Below, one piece after another: positions 19,291-26,543 of a stretch of DNA of 64,000 bases (its first letter is position 1; each line of letters begins with the position of its first letter). Source of the DNA: Patescibacteria group bacterium. Its GTDB lineage: Bacteria > Patescibacteriota > Patescibacteriia > UBA10025 > JAHIVO01. A program made the translations under genes and the position numbers. The notes under the pieces are model-generated. The model made no database searches and was not told where the DNA came from. It saw only the letters and a list, made by a program, of their open reading frames with translations. The stretch is from NCBI GenBank assembly GCA_041650915.1, contig JBAZKE010000003.1, positions 21,226 to 85,225 on the forward strand, read 5' to 3'.

Positions 19291-20643
19291 ATGGCCAAGA
19301 CAGTAACAATTTTTTCATGCACAAAGTGCGGTGCGCAGTTCCCTAAGTGGCAAGGTCGGTGCACCGAATGCGGTTCGTGGGGCACCTTTAGCAAGGGGCA
19401 GCCAGCTGTCCGGCAGCGAAACGCACGCCCGACTGCAGGGCGAGCCGCTCCGGTCGAGACGCTTGCTACTATCGGTCCGGCGCAGGACGAACGGCTTGAG
19501 AGTTCGGTCCGCGAGTTTGACCGCGTACTCGGAGGCGGGATCGTCGCGGGGAGCTTGGCGCTGCTCGGGGGCGATCCGGGAATTGGCAAGTCAACGCTCA
19601 TACTCCAGGTCGGCGGCAAGCTCGCCAGCCTTGGGCGCGAGGTGCTGTACGTGTCCGGCGAGGAATCCTCGGTGCAGGTCAAGGATCGCTTCACAAGGCT
19701 CGGGCTTACGACCGACAAGCTTAAGTTTCTCGGTGAGACGGACATCGAGACGGTACGTGCGACCGTGGAACAGCACAAGCCCGCACTCGTTATTATCGAT
19801 TCGATCCAGACCGTGCATACGGCCGAGGTCGATGCAGAGGCAGGGAGCATCAGCCAGCTGAAAGCATGCACTGCCAAGCTCTCAGAGGCGGCGCGGGACC
19901 TCAATACAGCCATGATCGTGATCGGGCACGTGACGAAGAAGGGCGGCGTCGCCGGGCCCCGTACGCTCGAGCACCTCGTCGACGTGGTGCTGTACCTCGA
20001 GGGTGACCGGCACCATGCGTTCCGCGTGCTCCGTGCGGTCAAGAACCGGTTCGGCTCAACCGCGGAGGTTGGGGTGTTTGACATGCAGGCGGGAGGTCTG
20101 GCTGAGGTGCGGAACCCATCGGAAATTTTTCTCGCGGACCGCACGGCAGAGAGCCCGGGATCGGTCGTGACCGCGGTCGTCGAGGGTTCGCGCGCCTTCC
20201 TCGTTGAAGTGCAGGCGCTCGTCTCCCGTGCGAACTTTGGGTACCCGCAGCGCCGCGCGGCAGGATTCGATTTCAACCGGCTGCAGATGCTCGTCGCGGT
20301 ACTTACCAAAAAAGCCGGGCTGTACCTCGGGAACCAGGATGTGCACGTGAACGTCGCCGGCGGCTTTCGGGTCGGGGAGCCCGCTGCGGACCTCGCGGTG
20401 TGCCTCGCGATCGCGTCAGCGCTGAAAAATAAGCCCATACCAAAAACACTCGCCGTATTCGGCGAGGTAGGCTTGGGCGGCGAGCTGCGGGCTGTGGGAC
20501 AGAGCGACAAGCGCCTGGATGAGATCGTCAAGATGGGCTTCAAGGAAGCTCTGATCCCAAGGACAAAACTTTCACAGGAGCCAGGCGGATTACAGATTGT
20601 GATGCTTGATTCGCTCAGCGAGGTTATCAGAGATTTTGTGTAA
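19291..20643 (+). CDS. radA: DNA repair protein RadA/Sms
   Basis: C4 zinc finger (CTKCG...GRCTECG), Walker A GGDPGIGKST, KNRFG motif, Lon-like C-terminus. Confidence 0.97.
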   Translation: MAKTVTIFSCTKCGAQFPKWQGRCTECGSWGTFSKGQPAVRQRNARPTAGRAAPVETLATIGPAQDERLESSVREFDRVLGGGIVAGSLALLGGDPGIGKSTLILQVGGKLASLGREVLYVSGEESSVQVKDRFTRLGLTTDKLKFLGETDIETVRATVEQHKPALVIIDSIQTVHTAEVDAEAGSISQLKACTAKLSEAARDLNTAMIVIGHVTKKGGVAGPRTLEHLVDVVLYLEGDRHHAFRVLRAVKNRFGSTAEVGVFDMQAGGLAEVRNPSEIFLADRTAESPGSVVTAVVEGSRAFLVEVQALVSRANFGYPQRRAAGFDFNRLQMLVAVLTKKAGLYLGNQDVHVNVAGGFRVGEPAADLAVCLAIASALKNKPIPKTLAVFGEVGLGGELRAVGQSDKRLDEIVKMGFKEALIPRTKLSQEPGGLQIVMLDSLSEVIRDFV

Positions 20644-20673
20644 AAAAATAGGCGACCCCTGGTTGTGGGTCGC
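20642..20673 (-). terminator. Intrinsic terminator
   Basis: GGCGACCC/GGGTCGCC stem followed on the minus strand by TATTTTTTT. Confidence 0.7.
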
Positions 20674-20705
20674 CCTTTGAGCGGTGAAACTGTAAAGACG
20701 GTTTG

Positions 20706-20885
20706 TTACTCGTCTTCGTTGTTGGGGCCGCCGATCTTCCTGCCGCCCCCGCAGTTCGATACGCGGTTGTATCGGCCGGCAAATGATCTGCCGGATGTGT
20801 CCGCTGCGAGTGGATGGAGGTCGAAATCGTTGCACTGGAGAGATTCATCTCCCGCTGGCAGTAGATCGGTGTTTTGATCTTCCAT
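20706..20885 (-). CDS. Putative small protein (59 aa, MEDQNTDLLP...GGPNNEDE)
   Basis: Below the ORF-track cutoff; GGGAG SD-like motif 4 nt before the ATG; ends just upstream of a minus-strand terminator. Confidence 0.4.
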   Translation of the reverse strand: MEDQNTDLLPAGDESLQCNDFDLHPLAADTSGRSFAGRYNRVSNCGGGRKIGGPNNEDE

Positions 20886-21044
20886 ACGTCTCCCGTTTTT
20901 TGGCGGTTTGGCACATTTGCTGTCTTGTAAAGAGCGGTGCTGAGCTCATCTAACCTCCTTGTTTACTCAGCTGTTTTGGGTTGTTCCTTTTTGAACGGCT
21001 ATTGTGTTTTTTCCATGCCATCCGAAAAGGAGTATTACTATAGA

Positions 21045-21073
21045 TTAATATCACAAAACAGCGCCTCTGTCAA
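21045..21073 (-). promoter_or_regulatory. Sigma70-type promoter for a short transcript between recG and radA
   Basis: Minus strand TTGACA-17 bp-TATTAA with TG extended -10. Confidence 0.6.
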
Positions 21074-21083
21074 GCTGTACGGC

Positions 21084-23147
21084 TCACTCCAGGTGCACGG
21101 AAGCGGAAAAATGTTTGAGCCGTTTTTGTACGAGCGGGTAGCCGCTAAGGCCTTTATTTCCCGTTAAAAGGCTTTCGGCAGCTTCGCGGGTTTGCCGGAT
21201 GAGCTCACGGTCTGTCAGTTTCGCGATTTTCAGCTCCGGGAAGCCGGACTGTTTGAGCCCGTAAATTTCACCCGGACCCCTGAATTCAAGGTCTTTTTCG
21301 GCAAGTTCGAAGCCGTCTTTAGCAGTGATAAGCGCATTGAGGCGTTCGAGCGTTTTGTCACTGTTGGATTCCGTAAAGACGAGGCAGTATGACTGGTGCT
21401 CGGCGCGGCCGACCCTGCCGCGGAACTGGTGGAGCTGCGCGAGGCCAAACCGCTCGGCGCCTTCAATAACCATGACCGATGCGTTCGGGATATCGACACC
21501 AACTTCAACGACCGCGGTGGCGACCAGTATGCTGGCCTTGTTCTGCTCAAATGCGTCAATGGCAGCTTTCTTGTCTGCGGAGCTCAGCTTGCCGTGCACG
21601 AGCCCGACAGAAAGGTCCGGAAATATCTCCTCGCTGAGCATGTTATACTCGGCTGTCGCCGCACGCACGCCGAGCTTGTCTGATTCTTCGATAAGCGGGC
21701 AGATCACAAACGCCTGCCGTCCACTCTCTATTTCTCTGCGTATGAAGCCGTACGCGCTCTGCCGTTTTTCAGGCGGTACGATTTTTGTCAGCACCTTTTT
21801 CCGCCCGCGGGGGAGTTCGGTAATGGCTGAGATGTCGAGGTCGCCATAGAGGGTAAGGGCGAGCGAGCGCGGGATGGGGGTGGCGGTCATGGACAGGAGG
21901 TGCGGGCTATAACCGTCAGTTTTATTTTTCAGCGTCTTGCGCTGGTCAACGCCGAAGCGGTGCTGCTCATCGATGATGGCGAGGCCGAGTTTATTGAAAC
22001 GCACCCGCTCCTGTATCAGTGCATGGGTCCCGATCACGACCTGCGCGCTGCCCTTTTCAATATGCTTCAGCAATTTCTGCTGCGTCGTTTTTCTGGCACC
22101 GTACTGCTTGGCACTGCTTGTGATGAGCGCAGTCTGCACCTTGGACTGCTTGAAAATTTTATGCAGCGTCTTGAAGTGCTGGAGCGCGAGAATTTCCGTA
22201 GGGGCCATGAGTGCCGTTTGGTACCCGTTCGTTGCCACGTTGAGCGCTATGAGGGCCGCAACGACGGTTTTACCAGCGCCGACATCGCCCTCGAGGAGCC
22301 GGTTCATCGGGCTAGCATCGCCAAGGGATTGGAGGATTTCCCATGCGGCTTTTTTTTGGCTCGGCGTCAGTGTAAAGGGCAGCGAGCTGACAAACTGCCT
22401 GGTGAGCCCCTCATTGAAATGGATTTTCGGTGCGCGCTCAGCGCTGAGCTCGTGGCGCACGAGCTGTGTTTTCAGCTGTATGAGCAGCAGCTCGTCGAAT
22501 TTGAGCCTCCGCCTCGCCATGCCAAGCTGTGCTTTATCAGTAGGGAAGTGCACCTCGTGGAGCGCCGTGCTCAGGCGCATGAGCCGGTACTGGCGGAGAA
22601 CCGTATCGGGGAGCCACTCGGGCACCGACTGTGCGAGCGGCAGCACGAGCCTGATGAGGTAGCGTATTTGCTTCTCGGTGAGGTTTTCCGTCAGCGAGTA
22701 GATCGGAATTATCCTGGCAGTATGCGTCTGCTCTTTCTTGACCTTTTCGTACGAGGGGTTGGAGAACTGCAGGCCGTACTTCGTGTGCTCAACCTTGCCG
22801 GAAAGGTATACGAGATCGCCCTGCCTCAGGAGTTTGGTGATGAACGGCTGGTTGAACCATACCGCTTTCGCGCTCCCTGTCTCGTCGGTGATAAGGCATT
22901 CGGTTATGTACATTCTTCTGCGGAATGCCCTTTTATTTGCGATGAGGTCAATGGTGCCGCAAACCGTCGTTTCCGTTTTTGGCTGGATCCTGGCGATGGG
23001 AGTAATCGTGCTGAAGTCTTCGTACCGGAAGGGGAAGTAAAATAACAAGTCGAGCACGCGGGCAAGCCCCAGCTTGTGAAGGCGTTTTGTCAGTACTTTT
23101 CCTATCCTCGGCAGGTCAGACAGGGGTGTCGTGGGCGTTATTGTCAT
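21084..23147 (-). CDS. recG: ATP-dependent DNA helicase RecG
   Basis: OB-fold wedge (WFNQPF), LLEGDVGAGKT, DEQHRFGV, MTATPIPRSL, QLHQFRGRVGR, DLEFRGPGE. Confidence 0.97.
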   Translation of the reverse strand: MTITPTTPLSDLPRIGKVLTKRLHKLGLARVLDLLFYFPFRYEDFSTITPIARIQPKTETTVCGTIDLIANKRAFRRRMYITECLITDETGSAKAVWFNQPFITKLLRQGDLVYLSGKVEHTKYGLQFSNPSYEKVKKEQTHTARIIPIYSLTENLTEKQIRYLIRLVLPLAQSVPEWLPDTVLRQYRLMRLSTALHEVHFPTDKAQLGMARRRLKFDELLLIQLKTQLVRHELSAERAPKIHFNEGLTRQFVSSLPFTLTPSQKKAAWEILQSLGDASPMNRLLEGDVGAGKTVVAALIALNVATNGYQTALMAPTEILALQHFKTLHKIFKQSKVQTALITSSAKQYGARKTTQQKLLKHIEKGSAQVVIGTHALIQERVRFNKLGLAIIDEQHRFGVDQRKTLKNKTDGYSPHLLSMTATPIPRSLALTLYGDLDISAITELPRGRKKVLTKIVPPEKRQSAYGFIRREIESGRQAFVICPLIEESDKLGVRAATAEYNMLSEEIFPDLSVGLVHGKLSSADKKAAIDAFEQNKASILVATAVVEVGVDIPNASVMVIEGAERFGLAQLHQFRGRVGRAEHQSYCLVFTESNSDKTLERLNALITAKDGFELAEKDLEFRGPGEIYGLKQSGFPELKIAKLTDRELIRQTREAAESLLTGNKGLSGYPLVQKRLKHFSASVHLE

Positions 23148-23161
23148 GAGTGTATTGTATC

Positions 23162-23194
23162 AAAAAAAAGGGGGTCCCGCATGGACAGGACCCC
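23162..23194 (-). terminator. Intrinsic terminator
   Basis: GGGGTCC/GGACCCC stem with a T8 tract on the minus strand, after the 23207-23695 gene. Confidence 0.7.
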
Positions 23195-23206
23195 TCATGG
23201 GAATAC

Positions 23207-23695
23207 TCATCGAAGTTTGATTGCGGATGACGCGAGCACGATACTCGTGTCGATCTTCCAGCTGCCGGACATTGGCAGCTCCAGCGGGCTACTGACCCGG
23301 AAGGTGAGGCGCGCCTCGAATTTGTGTGACTCGCCCGGCTGTACGATAGCCACCGATGCGAAGCGCAGGATAGGATTGAGCGTAATCGAAGGCTCACCTT
23401 TAATTGCCTCAATCGCATCCCGAAAGGCATCGCGGATAGCGGGATGATCGTTGGCAAAGGCGCCAATGATCTCAAAGGTGACGGTCGGCTGGTGCGGTTG
23501 CACCTGTGCGATAAACAGCCCGGTATTTTTTTCGGACTGGATCGCGAATACGGGCGGGACATTGTGCCCTACGGTGCCGGCACCATTGACCGAAGCAGAG
23601 AGTGCCAGGCTTCCATCCACTTTCCCTCGGAGCGCGAGAGAGATTTCATCGGTGAGCTTTTGAAGCAGCTCAATGGGACTCATATATGCCTCCAC
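23207..23695 (-). CDS. Hypothetical protein (about 160 aa)
   Basis: ORF bracketed by a promoter (23765-23792) and a terminator (23162-23194); no recognisable motif; start uncertain. Confidence 0.55.
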   Translation of the reverse strand: MEAYMSPIELLQKLTDEISLALRGKVDGSLALSASVNGAGTVGHNVPPVFAIQSEKNTGLFIAQVQPHQPTVTFEIIGAFANDHPAIRDAFRDAIEAIKGEPSITLNPILRFASVAIVQPGESHKFEARLTFRVSSPLELPMSGSWKIDTSIVLASSAIKLR

Positions 23696-23764
23696 GAAAA
23701 CAGTGTTTATTTCACATGGTAAGGGCAGTGTGTATATTCAGAGCGGTTATTCGCTCGGCAGTAC

Positions 23765-23792
23765 ATCGTACCATAGGATTTAGGAATGTCAA
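23765..23792 (-). promoter_or_regulatory. Sigma70-type promoter
   Basis: Minus strand TTGACA-16 bp-TACGAT with TG extension. Confidence 0.5.
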
Positions 23793-23811
23793 AGCACTGT
23801 TGATTTGATAC

Positions 23812-23838
23812 AAAAAAGACCCCATGCATATTGGGGGT
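23812..23838 (-). terminator. Probable terminator of the tRNA-Arg transcript
   Basis: GC-rich hairpin (ACCCC...GGGGT) followed by CTTTTTT on the minus strand. Confidence 0.55.
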
Positions 23839-23875
23839 GCCGGCGTTTTTTCGTATACGTGCCTTGTGTTTGTAA

Positions 23876-24022
23876 GCGGTGCAGGTAGGAATCGGTCACG
23901 AGTCGCGCTCCGCGCGCTCTCGACCCCGCCTCGCGCCACCTTCGGTGGCATGCTCCGGCTTTCGATTCCTGGCGCTCCGCAAGCAGTTGCGGAGCTCCTC
24001 GTTCAGATTCACTGCGTTCATC
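23876..24022 (-). repeat. tRNA-trailer structured element (copy at tRNA-Arg)
   Basis: Shares + strand blocks GGTCAC, GACCCCGCCTCGCG, CGGCTTTC, CAAGCAGTTGCGG hairpin and TTCAC..GTTCA with the element at 25445-25625. Confidence 0.75.
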
Positions 24023-24094
24023 TGCCCTCGGCAGGAATCGAACCTGCATTTCAGGCTCCGCAAGCTTGCGTCCTATCCGTTGAACGACGAGGGC
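24023..24094 (-). tRNA. tRNA-Arg (anticodon GCG)
   Basis: Reverse complement GCCCTCGTCGTTCAACGGATAGGACGCAAGCTTGCGGAGCCTGAAATGCAGGTTCGATTCCTGCCGAGGGCA folds as a cloverleaf; anticodon loop TT-GCG-GA; no encoded CCA. Confidence 0.93.
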
Positions 24095-24124
24095 TCGATA
24101 TGTTTACAGTGGGCTGAAATGCTG

Positions 24125-24643
24125 CTACAGCTTCATGACCCGGCCGAGACCGTCTGAGAAAGATTCATTGACCTTTTCCGGATCTTCTTCGATGTATTTG
24201 AGCAGGATCTGCCTGATCTTTAAGGGATTTTGGCTCTCGAGTGCAATGCTGATCGACGGCCGCACGCCGGACTTAAATGAAAAGTATAGGTTTTTCACTT
24301 CAGGCGGATCGTATACGATCCAGAACTGCTTGATGGCATTCCATTCGTAAAATGTGCTTTCACCGAGCACGAGCCCATCTTCGGTCAGCTGGGCTTGCAG
24401 CCTTCTGGGTGATCTGCGGTACTCGAGCGCATAGACCCCGACCAAAATAACGAGGAGCAGGAGGAAGAGGTAATTTTGGGTGCTCACCGCGTAGATTGTA
24501 AGTGCGCAAACAATCGTAATTGCGACTGCGTACCACAGCTTACCGCGGAAGTATTTCGTGTATTCCGGAAATTCCCATGAGGCAAGGACTTCCCCAAAGT
24601 CGATTTTTTGATTGGGTGTTTTTCCTGCGTTGGATTGCGCCAT
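24125..24643 (-). CDS. Hypothetical two-TM membrane protein with soluble C-terminal domain
   Basis: WEFPEY...RGKLWY, two TM helices, YEWNAIKQFWI. Confidence 0.8.
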   Translation of the reverse strand: MAQSNAGKTPNQKIDFGEVLASWEFPEYTKYFRGKLWYAVAITIVCALTIYAVSTQNYLFLLLLVILVGVYALEYRRSPRRLQAQLTEDGLVLGESTFYEWNAIKQFWIVYDPPEVKNLYFSFKSGVRPSISIALESQNPLKIRQILLKYIEEDPEKVNESFSDGLGRVMKL

Positions 24644-24723
24644 ATATCGTAGGTATTAACTTGTTATGTGGTCCCGGAGAGTGCCTCTATAGTATACAGA
24701 AAAACAGGAAAAAATTCACGTTT

Positions 24724-24863
24724 GGTCACTCATCGATTTCCTGACGGAAATCTAGGTCGATTCCGCCTCGCGGTGTTCGTTTTCCGCCAGGGGCGGTGGA
24801 AATTCTCGCTGGGACGCTCCAGGCTTTCTCTTTTTTACGCTCCTTCGTTCACGTTGTTCACTT
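24724..24863 (-). repeat. Distal, degenerate tRNA-trailer element of the Ser-TGA array
   Basis: GGTCAC...TTTCCTGACG.AAAT...CCGCCTCGCGG...GGCTTTC blocks match the Ser-GCT element; the central hairpin is missing. Confidence 0.6.
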
Positions 24864-25285
24864 CGGAGGCGGAGGGATTCCGCTCCGCGCCGGGGCTCGC
24901 GGCTACTCCATTGCATTCCGCAGCATCGCTCGCCCTTCTCATCCCTACGCTCCACACGCAGGTGTGGAGCTCCGCTCCTTCGTTCACGTTGTTCACTTCG
25001 GAGGCGGAGGGATTCCGCTCCGCGCCTGGGCTCGCGGCTACTCCATTGCATTCCGCAGCATCGCTCGCCCTTCTCATCCCTACGCTCCACACGCAGGTGT
25101 GGAGCTCCGCTCCTTCGTTCACGTTGTTCACTTCGGAGGCGGAGGGATTCCGCTCCGCGCCTGGGCTCGTGGCTACTCCATTGCATTCCGCAGCATCGCT
25201 CGCCCTTCTCATCCCTACGCTCCACACGCAGGTGTGGAGCTCCGCTCCTTCGTTCACGTTGTTCACTTCGGAGGCGGAGGGATTC
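24838..25285. repeat. 135-bp tandem repeat (about 3.3 near-identical copies), each containing the tRNA-Ser(TGA) 3' 17 nt
   Basis: GTTCACGTTGTTCACTTCGGAGGCGGAGGGATTC starts at 24847, 24982, 25117 and 25252 (period 135); the last copy runs into the tRNA. Confidence 0.95.
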
Positions 25286-25355
25286 GAACCCCCGAGACCT
25301 TTGCGGGTCTAACGGTTTTCAAGACCGTCCCATTCAACCGCTCTGGCACGCCTCC
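25269..25355 (-). tRNA. tRNA-Ser (anticodon TGA)
   Basis: GGAGGCG acceptor stem, anticodon arm ACGGT-CTTGAAA-ACCGT, long variable arm, GTTCGAAT T-loop, G discriminator. Confidence 0.95.
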
Positions 25356-25444
25356 ATCTGTGCGAAAGGTACGGTATGTACCGTTCGCTTTTTGAATCAA
25401 ACCGCAGCATAAGTTGTAGTGCGGCCCATTTTTTATTAATGTAT

Positions 25445-25625
25445 TGGTGGAGAGGGCGAGATTCGGTCACAAATAAATTTCCTGACGAAAATTTTTTACG
25501 ACCCCGCCTCGCGGCGCTCGCCTCCCCTCGGCAGGCTCGGGGAACTCGCGCATCGCTGCGGCTTTCTCATCTCGATGTCCCACAAGCAGTTGCGGGACTC
25601 CCTTCCTCATTCACTAACGTTCATT
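25445..25625 (-). repeat. tRNA-trailer structured element (copy at tRNA-Ser GCT) ending in a duplicated tRNA 3' end plus ACCA
   Basis: 25445-25465 reverse-complements to CGAATCTCGCCCTCTCCACCA, a 17-nt direct repeat of the tRNA 3' end; internal blocks are shared with the other two loci. Confidence 0.8.
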
Positions 25626-25716
25626 CGGAGAGGGCGAGATTCGAACTCGCGAAGGGGTTTTAAGGCCCCTTAACGGTTTAGCAAACCGCTGCCTTCAGCC
25701 ACTCGGCCACCTCTCC
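25626..25716 (-). tRNA. tRNA-Ser (anticodon GCT)
   Basis: GGAGAGG acceptor stem, anticodon arm GCGGT-TTGCTAA-ACCGT, long variable arm, GTTCGAAT T-loop. Confidence 0.95.
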
Positions 25717-25764
25717 TCGATTCATCGAGATGTATACGCTGCTCGGGTAAGGGAAAAAAATATT

Positions 25765-26493
25765 TTACGAGCCGCGAGCGATGACGAGGCCCCAGACAGC
25801 CCGTGCGCCCGCTTGCTTGAGCACCCCTGAGCACTCATGTAAAGTAGCGAGTGTCGTTGCTACATCATCTACCAGTATAGCATTTTTTCCTTTGATGCTG
25901 AAGGGATCTGCAACGGAAAATGCGCCGACGACATTTTGCAGACGTTGCTGCCTATTGAGTTGGGCTTGGGATTCAGTTTTTCTGGCTCTCTTTAGCAGAT
26001 GGGGGTACTGGGTAAGTGAGGAGTATTCGGCGATTACCGCACAGAGGAGCCCAGCCTGGTTAAAACCCCGCTCGAGAAACCGCTTTCGGTGGAGCGGAAC
26101 CGGAACCAATACCGTGCGCTGGTGACTGCTCAGTATACCGGCAGGCTTTGTTTTGTCAACAGCCTGGAGCGCGCGGAGGAGCTGCAGCCCGAGGAACTGT
26201 GCGAGCTCCTCGACGTATTTGTATTTCAGCAGGTGGATCGCCGACTGGATGAGCTTCTGTTCATACGGAGCCGCGACGATGAGCCCGTCGAGGCTTGAGG
26301 TACTGCGGCACTTCCCGCAGGTAGCCGGCGATCCGGGGATTCTGCAGATTGGGCAGCGCTGCTGCATGCCGCCGGTAACCTGCCGGGCGCATGCCGTACA
26401 GATCCAGGCGCCCTCGGCACCGCACCCGACGCACGATGCCGGAAAGAGCGTGTCGAGGACCGTTATTTTTAAAGTGTGCAGGATTGTGGACAT
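25765..26493 (-). CDS. comF: ComF family competence protein (double zinc ribbon + phosphoribosyltransferase)
   Basis: LFPASCVGC...C..C...CPIC...CGKC, VPVPLH...ERGFNQA, LVDDVATT. Confidence 0.9.
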   Translation of the reverse strand: MSTILHTLKITVLDTLFPASCVGCGAEGAWICTACARQVTGGMQQRCPICRIPGSPATCGKCRSTSSLDGLIVAAPYEQKLIQSAIHLLKYKYVEELAQFLGLQLLRALQAVDKTKPAGILSSHQRTVLVPVPLHRKRFLERGFNQAGLLCAVIAEYSSLTQYPHLLKRARKTESQAQLNRQQRLQNVVGAFSVADPFSIKGKNAILVDDVATTLATLHECSGVLKQAGARAVWGLVIARGS

Positions 26494-26525
26494 AAAAACC
26501 TCCCCGTAAATTTGGGGAGGTTTTT
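26494..26525 (-). terminator. Inverted-repeat terminator after clpC, abutting the comF start codon
   Basis: AAAAACCTCCCC-GTAAATTT-GGGGAGGTTTTT, perfect 12-bp arms. Confidence 0.75.
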
Positions 26526-26543
26526 GGCATCAATGGTACGTAC

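Noticed and set aside
19152-23045. Long antisense ORFs (19152-20543, 21900-23045; also 7492-8772, 26740-28932)
   Set aside because: They are opposite-strand shadows of well-supported genes such as radA, recG and clpC in GC-rich DNA.
23789-24157. Short ORFs over tRNA-Arg and its trailer
   Set aside because: They overlap a clear tRNA and have no protein-like features.
24838-25285. CRISPR array
   Set aside because: The sequences between the recurring motifs are near-identical rather than unique spacers; this is a plain 135-bp tandem repeat, and no cas genes are present.
24668-25395. Repeat-containing ORFs on both strands (214, 157, 199 and 143 aa)
   Set aside because: A stop-poor GC-rich unit of 135 bp (45 codons) keeps several frames open, and two of the ORFs overlap tRNA-Ser; these are likely shadows.
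25445-25625. Group I/II intron in tRNA-Ser
   Set aside because: The tRNA is already complete upstream, the insert is too short, and I see no group I core or group II domain V.
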